From an uncultured delta proteobacterium (lineage in GTDB: Bacteria > Myxococcota_A > UBA9160 > SMWR01), in NCBI GenBank assembly GCA_963832165.1, contig CAWHTE010000011.1:576001-640000 (forward strand): a stretch of 64,000 bases of DNA, in the 5' to 3' direction. A program made the position numbers and the translations under genes. The notes below the pieces were generated by a model. It was not told the origin of the DNA. It saw only the letters and a program-made list of their open reading frames with translations, and did no database searches. Below, one piece after another: positions 51,985 to 60,993 of this stretch (the stretch's first letter is position 1; each line of letters starts with the position of its first letter).

Positions 51985-53634
51985 CTAGGTCCACTCGATC
52001 AGCAGCGTCGCCTGCTCGGCGCTCGCGCGGGCGAGCGGCTCGGCACGCTCGCCGAAGCGGGCCTCGACGCGCTCGCGCCGGATCTTCAGCGTCGGGGTCA
52101 AGACCTCGTTCTCGATCGTCCAGGCCTCGCGGCACACGATCAGCGCGCCCACGCGCGCGTGTTTCTCGACCTGGGTGTTGATCGTCTCTGCCTTCGCGCG
52201 CAGCGTCCGTTCCACTTCCGCGCGGTCGCAGCGCTGCGCGAACTCGTTCAGCACGCACACCATCACGGTCTTCGAGTAGCCGCGCCCGAGCAGGCACACC
52301 TGCGCCGTGTGGGGATTGTCCGCGAAGTCGCTCTCGATCGGCACCGGCGCAACGAACTTGCCCTGGATCGTCTTGAAGTAGTCCTTCACACGGCCCGTCA
52401 GGTAGAGGAAGCCGTCTTCGTCGACGCGCGCCTTGTCGCCGGTGTGCAGCCAGCCGTCGCGGTAGAGCTCGGCGGTCTTGTCCGGCATCTCGTAGTAGCC
52501 GGGCGAGAGGCCGTCGGCGCGGATCAGCAGCTCGTCCTCGTCGCTGAGCTTGTAATCCACGCCGGCCAGTGGCTTCCCGATCGAGCCCACGCGGAACTCG
52601 GTCCGAGTGCTCGCCACCAGACCCATCGCCTCGGTCTGCCCGTAGCCCTCGAGCAGTTGCACGCCGACGCGCCCGAACCACTCGATCAGCGCCGGCGGCG
52701 TTGGCGCCGCGGCGGTCAGACAGTAGTCGGAGTCACCGAGGCCGAGGATCGCGTCGACCCGCGCCCGAACGGCGTCGCCATCTCCGGCGAGCGCGCGATC
52801 GAGCGCATGCTGCGATTCGAACTCCGCGAGCACGGTCTGCTGGAGCTGCTCCCAGATCCGCGGCGGGCCGAACACGAAGTTCGGACGCACGTCGCGCAGG
52901 TCGCGCAGCAGCGTCGCGAGCGACTCATTGAACGTCACCGTGCCGCGATAGAGGAGCGAGTACGCCTCGACGAGCTGCCGCTCGCCGATGTGGGAGAGGG
53001 GGAGATAGGAGAGGAAGCGCGGGTGCTCGCGCACCGCGAACGCGGCGGCGAAGCGGTGGATCGGGAGGATCATCGACGCGTGCGTCTGCATCACGCCCTT
53101 TGGCACGCCGGTCGTGCCCGAGGTGAAGACGAGCGAGAGGACGTCGTCCGCGTCGCAGCGGTGCCGCGGGCGCGAGCCCGCGGCCTCGGCGAGCAGATCG
53201 TCCCAGCGCAGGTGGGGCCTGTCGATCTCGACACCGGGCAGGCAGACGATCTCGGTGCCCTCGGGCAGCGCGCCGCTGACCGCGTCCCAGTTCTGTGCCT
53301 CGCCGAGGAAGAGCAGCTTCGTTTCGGAGAACTCGAGCACGTAGCGCGCCGACGGTGCGGGGATCGTCGTGAAGATCGGGACCGCGACGTTTCCGGACGC
53401 GGTGATCGCGAAGTCGGCGAGGAACCAGTGCGCGCGGTTGCGCGACAGGATTGCCATCTTCACGCCGGTGCCGAAGCGCGCTTCGAGCCACGCGGCGACG
53501 GCGTCGATCTCGGACTTGGCGGTCTGCCAGCTCCACGCGGTGAAGGCGTCGCCCTGGCGGTCGCGCAGCCAGATCGCGTCCGAGGCCTCGCTGGCCCACT
53601 GCTCGAGGTAGTCGGAATAGACCCGGTGCATCAC
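51985..53634 (-). CDS. Long-chain acyl-CoA synthetase (AMP-binding)
   Basis: FTSGTTGVPKGV, SYLPLSH, EGYGQTE, GWLHTGD, LTPTLKIRR. Confidence 0.93.
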   Translation of the reverse strand: MMHRVYSDYLEQWASEASDAIWLRDRQGDAFTAWSWQTAKSEIDAVAAWLEARFGTGVKMAILSRNRAHWFLADFAITASGNVAVPIFTTIPAPSARYVLEFSETKLLFLGEAQNWDAVSGALPEGTEIVCLPGVEIDRPHLRWDDLLAEAAGSRPRHRCDADDVLSLVFTSGTTGVPKGVMQTHASMILPIHRFAAAFAVREHPRFLSYLPLSHIGERQLVEAYSLLYRGTVTFNESLATLLRDLRDVRPNFVFGPPRIWEQLQQTVLAEFESQHALDRALAGDGDAVRARVDAILGLGDSDYCLTAAAPTPPALIEWFGRVGVQLLEGYGQTEAMGLVASTRTEFRVGSIGKPLAGVDYKLSDEDELLIRADGLSPGYYEMPDKTAELYRDGWLHTGDKARVDEDGFLYLTGRVKDYFKTIQGKFVAPVPIESDFADNPHTAQVCLLGRGYSKTVMVCVLNEFAQRCDRAEVERTLRAKAETINTQVEKHARVGALIVCREAWTIENEVLTPTLKIRRERVEARFGERAEPLARASAEQATLLIEWT

Positions 53635-53705
53635 CGCGCGGCAGTATACGCCCGCTGCTGTGCGCCTTTGCGTAGCCGTGAATCGGCCCTAGTCTTGACC
53701 CCACA

Positions 53706-54072
53706 GGGGGCGATCGGTTTCGACGGGTGGTCGAAAGCGGGCGCTGCGTGCCGAGGACGTCATCTCCCTCGTTAATCCGGTGGCAAGTTGGTAGCTATAA
53801 CTGCCGACGCAAACTACGCACTCGCTGCCTAGCTAATCCCTAGCGACAGCGACGCCCGTCCGCGACGCCTTCTAGCGGGTTGCGGGCGTCATTAGAGGGC
53901 TGGCCCCCGGCCGCTGACAGACCGCATCCGGGGGCGAGAAACAAGTCTGTCTAGGTGGGAGCTTCTCCAGGTTTCCGCGACTGGCCCCACCGAAAATGAG
54001 CGGAAGCTACGCACGTAGACGCGCTGGCCGGACATCATGCGGACGCGGGTTCGATTCCCGCCGCCTCCACCA
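53706..54072 (+). ncRNA. ssrA: tmRNA; tag peptide (A)ADANYALAA* at 53803-53832
   Basis: 5' GGGGGCGATCGGTTTCGACG, 3' GACGCGGGTTCGATTCCCGCCGCCTCCACCA, resume codon after ATAACT. Confidence 0.97.
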
Positions 54073-54211
54073 AAATCCACAGTAGTTTCAGTGATTTGCA
54101 GACGCGAAATAGCGCCTGCACACCGCGCGCACACCGGGCCCTCGTCGGGCTCCTCTCCTGCACCCAGCGCGAGATCGTTGTTTCTGGGCGACTCTGAGCG
54201 CCGGTGAATTC

Positions 54212-54490
54212 ATGCGCGCGCTGACCGAGGACACCCGAGCGCTGATCGAGCAGTTGCGGTCGCTGCCCAAAACGCAGGTTCGGAAGTCGTCCGCGCGCGC
54301 ACCGCCGCCGGGGTGGAGCTGCTCGGAAAGATCGCCGACGCCGCCGAGCTGGCAGCGCTTCCCGAGATCTTGTCGTTCGTACTGGAGAAGGACGCGCTGT
54401 TCGCACAGGCAGCTTCGCACAGGCAGCTTCGCACAGGCAGCGGCGCTGCTCGCGCTCTCGGTGCGCGGCGAAGCGGAGGCCTCTGACTAA
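54212..54490 (+). pseudogene. Degraded ORF fragment (helical repeat-like)
   Basis: MRALTEDTRALIEQLRS in one frame, LLGKIADAAELAALPEILSFVLEKD in another; interrupted by a tandem repeat. Confidence 0.35.
54400..54441 (+). repeat. 3 x 14-bp perfect tandem repeat
   Basis: TTCGCACAGGCAGC three times. Confidence 0.95.
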
Positions 54491-55440
54491 CCTCGTGCCG
54501 TGTAGCACGGCACGAATAGCTCAGCGCGTGCCCCGAGAAACGCCTCGATGATCTCCTTGCTGCGGTGCCGCGCCTCGAACTTCCCCAGCCCGATGAGCGA
54601 GTCGATGCCGCGCACATCGTCGAGCTTGTACTGTCCGCGCGTCACGGTGGGATCGACGCGACACACGTTCTCCGAGCCGAGCAGGTTCTGCGCTAGTCCG
54701 AGCGCACACCTGGACTGGCCGACGAACATCATCTCCATGAGCGGCGTCCCCCATCCGAGCGCACCCGTGAGTCCACGCGCTCGGAAGAAGCTTCGCCGCA
54801 TTGGACTCGACGTGCAGCTGATGCTCAGAACCTTGATCGCGTCGAGCGGCCATCGCAATCGGTGGCCGACGGCCTCGACACAGCCTAGCGCAACGGGGTT
54901 GTTGGCCCAGAGGCCACCGTCGAGAAGCTCGGGCCCGCGCTCTGCGCGGGCCGCGGGGAAGAACGTCGGCGCGGCGCTGGTCGCAAGCGCGACCTCGACG
55001 GCACACTCCCGCCAATCCGTGTGGAAGTCGGTGTGATGCGGCGTCTTGTAGATGTAGACCTCTCCCGACTCCAGAACCTGTGATGGGATCAGGAGGCGCG
55101 TGCTCGCCTCGCAGAGCTTGCGGTCGCCTAGCTTCTCCTCCAGCACGCTGCGGAGACCAGCGCTGTCGTACTTCGTCCGGAGAGCCCGTCGCGCACTTCG
55201 GAGCCACTGATTGCCGTGGAAGATCCGCGCACCCTCGCGCTCGTAGAGCGTGGTCAGCTCGCGTGCGGACATGCCCATCGCGAGGCCGATCGCAATGATG
55301 CCGCCCGTCGAGGTGCCCGTGATCAGGTCGAAGTACTCGCCGATCTTGCCCTCGACGTGATCCTCAAGCTCCGCGAGGAACGCCGCGGCGAACACGCCCT
55401 TGATCCCGCCGCCGTCGATCGCAAGGATCTTCCTCACCAC
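54487..55440 (-). CDS. capV: CBASS patatin-like phospholipase effector (CapV-like)
   Basis: ILAIDGGGIKG, FDLITGTSTGG (GxSxG), IYKTPHH, ATSAAPTFF, DGGLWANNP; in an operon with the CD-NTase. Confidence 0.9.
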   Translation of the reverse strand: MVRKILAIDGGGIKGVFAAAFLAELEDHVEGKIGEYFDLITGTSTGGIIAIGLAMGMSARELTTLYEREGARIFHGNQWLRSARRALRTKYDSAGLRSVLEEKLGDRKLCEASTRLLIPSQVLESGEVYIYKTPHHTDFHTDWRECAVEVALATSAAPTFFPAARAERGPELLDGGLWANNPVALGCVEAVGHRLRWPLDAIKVLSISCTSSPMRRSFFRARGLTGALGWGTPLMEMMFVGQSRCALGLAQNLLGSENVCRVDPTVTRGQYKLDDVRGIDSLIGLGKFEARHRSKEIIEAFLGARAELFVPCYTARG

Positions 55441-55865
55441 AGCCTCCGGCGCCGGCGCGATCTGATGCGCGGATGACTACCGCCCCCGGCCCACGTTCCG
55501 GTGGCGTGCCACACCTCGTAGAAGTACAGCCATTCCATCGCCCACGGCACGATGGTGACGGACAGCCGTAGATGCGGGCCCCACTCTCCCCTCCGTGGCT
55601 GATACAGGCACAATCGGAGCCTAGGGTAGACGTGCGGCACGGGCGTTCCGTCGTCGAGCGGGCGCAGCTCGGGATCTTCGACCGTCACCTCAGGCGCTGT
55701 TCCCAGTCGATAGCGGAGCCGCAACAGGTAGCGGTCCGTGATCTCCGTCGGCTGAACGATGGCCTGCGCGTCGAGTTCCTCGCGGCGAAGACCTCCGTGG
55801 AATCCAATCTGCCGGAGATACTGGAGCTGGATCGCGGCGGTGAGCCTTAGTGGTCCCCTACTCAT
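55434..55865 (-). CDS. Stand-alone E2-like (Cap2-type) protein of short type II CBASS
   Basis: QPT, PHVY...LCLY (candidate catalytic Cys), TIVPWAMEWLYFYEVW, TGTWAGGGSHP; overlaps both neighbours. Confidence 0.82.
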   Translation of the reverse strand: MSRGPLRLTAAIQLQYLRQIGFHGGLRREELDAQAIVQPTEITDRYLLRLRYRLGTAPEVTVEDPELRPLDDGTPVPHVYPRLRLCLYQPRRGEWGPHLRLSVTIVPWAMEWLYFYEVWHATGTWAGGGSHPRIRSRRRRRLW

Positions 55866-56994
55866 CGTCGCCGCCGTGGAACGTGTGGGGCGGGACGATC
55901 GTGCCGCCGATGGTGGCGGAGGTCGTCAGGCTCCGACCGGTGGTGCGAACCTGGCCTGCGCGACGCTGCTGATCGAAGCGCTGGGCGACCGACAGCCGTG
56001 CCTCGTGCACGACACGCTCACCGAAGAGCGCTTCCAACGCACGGTCGAGACTGGGGCCCGTGAGCGTCGCTAGCGCGCGGAGACGGTCGCGGAACTCGAT
56101 CATCCAGCCTACTGCGATCGCGTAGTCGGCGGGCTTCTCGCGCCACTTCTCGCTGAACTCCTCCAGCTGGTTCGTCGGGTTGCGCACGACGAGCTGCTCC
56201 CCGCGAGCCTCGGCGCTCTCGATCTCGTAGACGATCTGCTCCATTACCGTCAGGAGCCCCTCGTACAGCGTCGCCGCACCGAGGTAGTTCCGCGCGGCGA
56301 GCGTCGTGATCACGACCGAACGAGGCGCAGCCTCGTGCCCGTCGAAGTGCACGTCGCGCGCGCGCTTGATCAGCTGGACGATGCGCTTCAGCAAAGCCTT
56401 CAGGTGCGCGGGATCGTTGCTCGGAAGCGGAGCCTGCTTGAGAGCCACGTACCGCTTGCGCACCAGAGTGTCGATGGCGCACTGGCCATCGAACCAGACC
56501 GCGTACCCCTCCGGATCGCTGTTCGTGTAGCCGCGCAACTTGCGGTCCGGCACGAGGATGCTCGTGGCGCTCGTCTGCGGGTTCGGGTCCAGGATCGCGA
56601 AGAGGAGATCGAGGTGGAAGTCGGCGTAGTTCAGCCGCACGCATCGGTTCATCTTCTCGATGATCGGGCCGAAGAACGCGTCCCGCGCGAGCGTGTTCAG
56701 GCCCCAGTTGTACAGCTGCTGCGCGGTGATGTGCAGCACGACGCCGCGCAGCACGATCACGATGTCGAGATCGAACTCACCGCCACCGCGAGGCCGGACC
56801 GTGGTATGAATCCGCATCGAGCCCTGCGGACCGATCGCGAGCCATACACCGGCTGGTGTGTTCGACTCCAGGTATCTGCCGACGTGTTTGTAGGCGCTGA
56901 CGGCCTTCTCGTACCGGGTTGCGTCGAGCTGCAGCTTGACCGTGATCTCGGAAAGAAGGTCGCTCAGCGCGCTCGCGCTGTTGTACTCGATCAC
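55858..56994 (-). CDS. CD-NTase (cGAS/DncV-like, SMODS) nucleotidyltransferase
   Basis: PQGSMRIHTTVRP...EFDLDIV, RCVRLNYADFHLD, SDPEGYAVWF, QLIKRARD, NPTNQLEEFSEKW, C-terminal HTFHGGDDE; GTG start after GGAG inferred (ORF open to 57126). Confidence 0.9.
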   Translation of the reverse strand: MIEYNSASALSDLLSEITVKLQLDATRYEKAVSAYKHVGRYLESNTPAGVWLAIGPQGSMRIHTTVRPRGGGEFDLDIVIVLRGVVLHITAQQLYNWGLNTLARDAFFGPIIEKMNRCVRLNYADFHLDLLFAILDPNPQTSATSILVPDRKLRGYTNSDPEGYAVWFDGQCAIDTLVRKRYVALKQAPLPSNDPAHLKALLKRIVQLIKRARDVHFDGHEAAPRSVVITTLAARNYLGAATLYEGLLTVMEQIVYEIESAEARGEQLVVRNPTNQLEEFSEKWREKPADYAIAVGWMIEFRDRLRALATLTGPSLDRALEALFGERVVHEARLSVAQRFDQQRRAGQVRTTGRSLTTSATIGGTIVPPHTFHGGDDE

Positions 56995-57183
56995 TGGGGG
57001 GTTCTCCGAAGTCGCGATGGCGAGGCGGAGAGCCTGCGCATCGCCGGTGCGCTGTCGTCTCAGGGCGCCCGGGGACGCGCCCCCATCAAGACCTTGAGTA
57101 GCAAATTGTTCAATCCGCCGATCCACTACAGGATCTGGTAGAACTGGGTCTAGATGGCCCCAACCGGTAGATCCCGCGGGGAT

Positions 57184-57507
57184 CGAATGGCGTCGGCTCG
57201 CAGCGCACCGCTCTGGAGAGCGGCGGCGTGCGAAGGCTCGCCCATCCGAGCACAGGCATGAGGACTAGCGAGACCGCGGTGAGCGCGATCCCAACCACGC
57301 TTTCGTGGGCTTCTCCCCCGTAGCCCACGAGTCGGCGACCGGCGTCGAGCACGATGTAAACCGCGAGGGGGAGGAGAAGACCCCCGCGATGCGTGCCGCC
57401 CGATGCTCCAGCAGCTCGGCGCGGTCTTCGTCGGCGTTGCCTTTACCTCAGCGCGAAGCCGCCATCCCACCACGGCGGCGCTGGTCGTCTCGACGAACGA
57501 GTCGATC
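57184..57507 (-). pseudogene. Remnant of a cation diffusion facilitator (CDF) transporter TM region
   Basis: [36 protein letters not shown] and SGALRADA distributed over three frames. Confidence 0.65.
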
Positions 57508-57509
57508 CT

Positions 57510-57915
57510 CGGATAGCTGTGACCGCCGACTGGTGTTCTCGGGGAGCAGGGAGCTGCGTCGAGAGGCACAACGCGCGGGGCTCGCCAGGGTGGGACTGCG
57601 GCCAGAATTCCACGATCTCGCCATCGAGCTGTTGCGGGAAAACGGCGCGTTGCTCGACCACGCTCGCCGGCGCGTGCTAGGCGCGCTGCATTCAGTGAGA
57701 AGCCCGCGCGAGGTCGTCACCCCGGCCGTCCGTGCCCTCCTTGGCGCACCCTGACACCCAAGCTCGGCGAGCCGGACGGTCCAGTCGTCGGTCAGGCAGC
57801 CCTCGAGCAATGTGCGGTCGATGCGATCCAACCCGAGCGCATAGCGATACAGCGTGTTGCGAATCTGCTCGCGGTCGTTGAGCTCGCGGAGGAGCGATTC
57901 GGCGCTCTCCGGCAT
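57510..57915 (-). pseudogene. SnoaL/NTF2-like protein, truncated or frameshifted
   Basis: LNDREQIRNTLYRYALGLDRID...CLTDD N-terminus with GGAG RBS; similarity is lost after about 55 aa. Confidence 0.55.
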
Positions 57916-58014
57916 GATTGCTCCAAGGGTGGGTGGCGCGCGGTTTCAGTTGACGCGATCGCCGCGGCCATGCATATATGTACAGAATTATTTCAAAAAA
58001 GGAGGTAGGTGCGC

Positions 58015-59106
58015 ATGGCGATCTCGGCGACCCGAACCGTGGGTATCCTCGCCATCCCGAGTGTGAAGGCGCGTTGGGGCGCTGCGCATTACTTGGCGTG
58101 CTTCGGCGGTCTGATGTTGCTCGCCCAGACGTGGACCTACGGGGGCTGGCTGGCCGCGGGTCCCTACTCGGTGAACCAGTTCAAGACACCGGGATCGGTG
58201 ACGTGGTGGGCAGCGCGCAGCTACGAGGTGGTGTTCGGGATCTTCTTCTTTTGTCTGGCGACCTGGGTCGTGCGCGGCTGCCTGCGAGAGCGGCGCTTCA
58301 CCTTCGACGCCAAGCTGATGCTGGCGGGCTGGTCGATCATCTGGCTCGACGCGTGGACCAACATCCTGGCGCCGATCTGGATGTACAGCTCGAACTGGAT
58401 CAACCTGAACAATCCGCTCTCGGGCTTCCCGCTACCCGTGAACCCCGACATCGGAAGGCTGCCGTTCCCGCTCCTCTTCCACATGTTCTGCTACCCGCTG
58501 ACGAACCTCGGTGCCGGCCTGCTCGTCTGTTCGATCATGGGCATGCTGCGCTCGCGCTGGCCTTCGATCAGCGTCGCGCGCATGCTGCTCGTTGCCGTGC
58601 TGGTGGGGATTGCGTTCGACCTCGCGTTCGAGATCCCGATGTTCAAGCTCCGCCTGTGGGCGTTCCCCGGGACGCCCGATCAGCTCGCGCTGTTCGCCGA
58701 CAACAGCACGAAATTTCCGATCTGGGAGATGATCCCGGCCGGGATCGGCTTTGCCTCGTTCGGTGCGCTGCGATTCTTCAAGGACGACAAGGGTCGCGAG
58801 ATCACCGAGCGCGGTCTCGAGGCGCACGCTTCGTGGAAGCGCACGGTGATCTCGACGGTGGCCGTGATGGGCGTCGTGAACATCGTCTGGCTCGTGTGCA
58901 CGACGGGGCAGGCCCTCGTTGGCTTCTACGCGGCGCCCTACAAGCCGCTTCCCGCGCATCTGGTCAACGGGATGTGCGACGCCCCGCTGCTCGAGGGCGG
59001 GCGGGTCACCGGCACGCGCTACGGGCCGTGCCCGGAGAAGGGAGTGCCGATTCCGGTCCGCGATCTCCCGGGGCGAGCGCCGGGCTCGCCCTACGAGTCG
59101 TACTGA
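58015..59106 (+). CDS. Spirocyclase AveC family membrane protein
   Basis: Multi-TM; RERRFTFDAKL, WLDAWTN..P.WMYSSNWINL, E..MFKLRLWAFPG, KFPIWE, DDKGREITERG; AAGGAGG RBS. Confidence 0.75.
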   Translation: MAISATRTVGILAIPSVKARWGAAHYLACFGGLMLLAQTWTYGGWLAAGPYSVNQFKTPGSVTWWAARSYEVVFGIFFFCLATWVVRGCLRERRFTFDAKLMLAGWSIIWLDAWTNILAPIWMYSSNWINLNNPLSGFPLPVNPDIGRLPFPLLFHMFCYPLTNLGAGLLVCSIMGMLRSRWPSISVARMLLVAVLVGIAFDLAFEIPMFKLRLWAFPGTPDQLALFADNSTKFPIWEMIPAGIGFASFGALRFFKDDKGREITERGLEAHASWKRTVISTVAVMGVVNIVWLVCTTGQALVGFYAAPYKPLPAHLVNGMCDAPLLEGGRVTGTRYGPCPEKGVPIPVRDLPGRAPGSPYESY

Positions 59107-59125
59107 CCACGCGAAGAGCGCACCG

Positions 59126-59935
59126 GTGGACTACGAGCGCATCCGCTACGAGGAAGCTCCCTGCTCGGTCTGGATCACGCTCGATCGGCCCGAGCGGCTT
59201 AACCGCATCGACGATCGTACCTGGGCGGAGTTGCTCGGCGCGTTCGCGCGCGCGAACCGCGACGATGCGCGCAGCGTGGTCGTGCTGCGGGGGTCGGGGC
59301 GCGTGTTCAGCGCGGGAGGCGATCTCGGCTCGGACATCGCCGACGCCTCGCAAAGGGGGGACGAAGCATTCCGACTCCGCATGGTGCGCCACATCGAGGA
59401 GCAGTACCCGGCCTTCCGGGCGATCGAACGCTCTCCGAAAACTACAATCGCCGCACTGAACGGCAGCGCCTATGGCGGCGGTGTGGTGCTCGCGGGACTC
59501 TGTGATCTGATCGTCGCGGTGCGAGGAGCGACGCTCTCGTTCGCGGACGCGAAGTGGGGCATCGCCGACACGCCCGGTGCCGCGCGCCTGCCGCGCAAGA
59601 TCGGCAGCGCGCGCGCGCTCGAGGTGCTCGCGAGTGCGCGGGAGCTCACCGCCGAGGAGGCGGCGGGGATCGGCATCGTGCATCGCGTATGCGAACGCGC
59701 CGACTTCGACGCGGCAGTGGTCGCACTCGTCGCAGAAGTGTTGCGCGTGTCACCGCTGGCTCGCCGTCTGACCAAGCGCGCTCTGCAGCGTGCCTTGCCT
59801 GCGCTCACGCCGCGCGAGCAGAGCGAGAGCGCGATCGGACCCGAGGTGCGCGAGGGGATCGCGGCATTTCGCGCGCGCCGCCCTCCCTCGTGGCGACCCG
59901 AGGCGGTCCGGCCTCCGCCGCTCGAGCGCGGCTGA
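59126..59935 (+). CDS. Crotonase/enoyl-CoA hydratase family protein (non-canonical catalytic residues)
   Basis: WITLDRPERLN, FSAGGDL, PKTTIAALNGSAYGGG, CDLIVA. Confidence 0.88.
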   Translation: MDYERIRYEEAPCSVWITLDRPERLNRIDDRTWAELLGAFARANRDDARSVVVLRGSGRVFSAGGDLGSDIADASQRGDEAFRLRMVRHIEEQYPAFRAIERSPKTTIAALNGSAYGGGVVLAGLCDLIVAVRGATLSFADAKWGIADTPGAARLPRKIGSARALEVLASARELTAEEAAGIGIVHRVCERADFDAAVVALVAEVLRVSPLARRLTKRALQRALPALTPREQSESAIGPEVREGIAAFRARRPPSWRPEAVRPPPLERG

Positions 59936-59950
59936 CTCCGCCGGCTCGCG

Positions 59951-60985
59951 TCATTCCCGGAAGTGGGGCATCACCTCGCGCGCGAACAGCTCGAGGTGCT
60001 CGTCCATGCGCCGCGTGGGAAACCCGGGCGGAACGGTCCACGAGAAATAACGCTCGACCGGATTCTGCTCCAGGTAGCGGCGCAGTGCCGCGGTCGTCTC
60101 CTCGGGCGTCGCGACCTTGAGCAGACCCGATCGCGCGAGGCTCGCCTCGTCGAACACCTCGGGCAGCAGAGGTTGGCCCGCTTCCGCGAGCCATTGGTTG
60201 TAGGACCGCAGTTGGTAGATCGCATGCGGGGCGAGCGCTCGCCAGGTGCGCGCGGGATCTCTCGACGCGAAGAGCCACATGTGGCCGCCTGCGAGTCGGC
60301 CCGAACCCGGCGCGCGGCCCGCGGCAGCGAGCTCCTCGCGATAGATTCGGATCTGCTCGCGCATCGGGCCGGTTCCAACGTAACCGTCTGCGAGTCGCGC
60401 GGCGCGCCGCGGCCCTGCCGCCGCGAATCCTCCCACCCAGATTGGCGGCCGCGGGTGCTGCACCGGCCGCGGCGTGAGTCTCACGCCGTCGAGGCGATGA
60501 TGCCGGCCGCGGAATCCGAGCGTCTCTCCCTCCCACAGCCGGCGGATGATCTCGAGCGCTTCGTCGGTGCGCGAGCCGCGCTCGCTGCGCGCGACGCCGA
60601 GGCCGTCGAACTCGGCGGGTCGATATCCCACGCCCACGCCGAGCTCGAAGCGGCCGTTCGAGATGATGTCGATCGTGGCGCCGTCCTCGGCGACACGGAT
60701 CGGATGGTGGAGCGGCAGCAGCAGCACGGCCGTTCCGATCCGGATCCGCTCGGTGCGTGCGGCGACCGCGGCTGCGAGCGGCAGGATCGACGGTGCGTGG
60801 CCGTCGTCGCAGAAGTGGTGCTCGGTGAGCCACACGTCGTCGTAGCCGATCTGCTCCGCCCAGCGAATCTGCTCCAGCACGTCGGTGTAGAGCTGCGAAA
60901 ACGGCTGCGCCCATTCGGGCGGGTTGCGCAGCGAGTACCAGAGTCCGAAGCGCAGCCGCGGTCGCGTACCCCTGTCGATGGCCAC
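59951..60985 (-). CDS. LLM-class flavin-dependent monooxygenase/oxidoreductase
   Basis: WLTEHHF, AVAARTERIRIGTAV, PLHHPIRVAED, SNGRFELGVGVGY, PRPVQ..PPIWVGG. Confidence 0.92.
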   Translation of the reverse strand: MAIDRGTRPRLRFGLWYSLRNPPEWAQPFSQLYTDVLEQIRWAEQIGYDDVWLTEHHFCDDGHAPSILPLAAAVAARTERIRIGTAVLLLPLHHPIRVAEDGATIDIISNGRFELGVGVGYRPAEFDGLGVARSERGSRTDEALEIIRRLWEGETLGFRGRHHRLDGVRLTPRPVQHPRPPIWVGGFAAAGPRRAARLADGYVGTGPMREQIRIYREELAAAGRAPGSGRLAGGHMWLFASRDPARTWRALAPHAIYQLRSYNQWLAEAGQPLLPEVFDEASLARSGLLKVATPEETTAALRRYLEQNPVERYFSWTVPPGFPTRRMDEHLELFAREVMPHFRE

Positions 60986-60993
60986 TTCTCCGG

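Noticed and set aside
54035..54072. tRNA gene
   Set aside because: The T-arm and CCA belong to the tRNA-like domain of tmRNA.
56995..57126. N-terminal extension of the CD-NTase
   Set aside because: It does not look conserved, and a GGAG RBS precedes the GTG at 56994, so the extension is more likely leader sequence.
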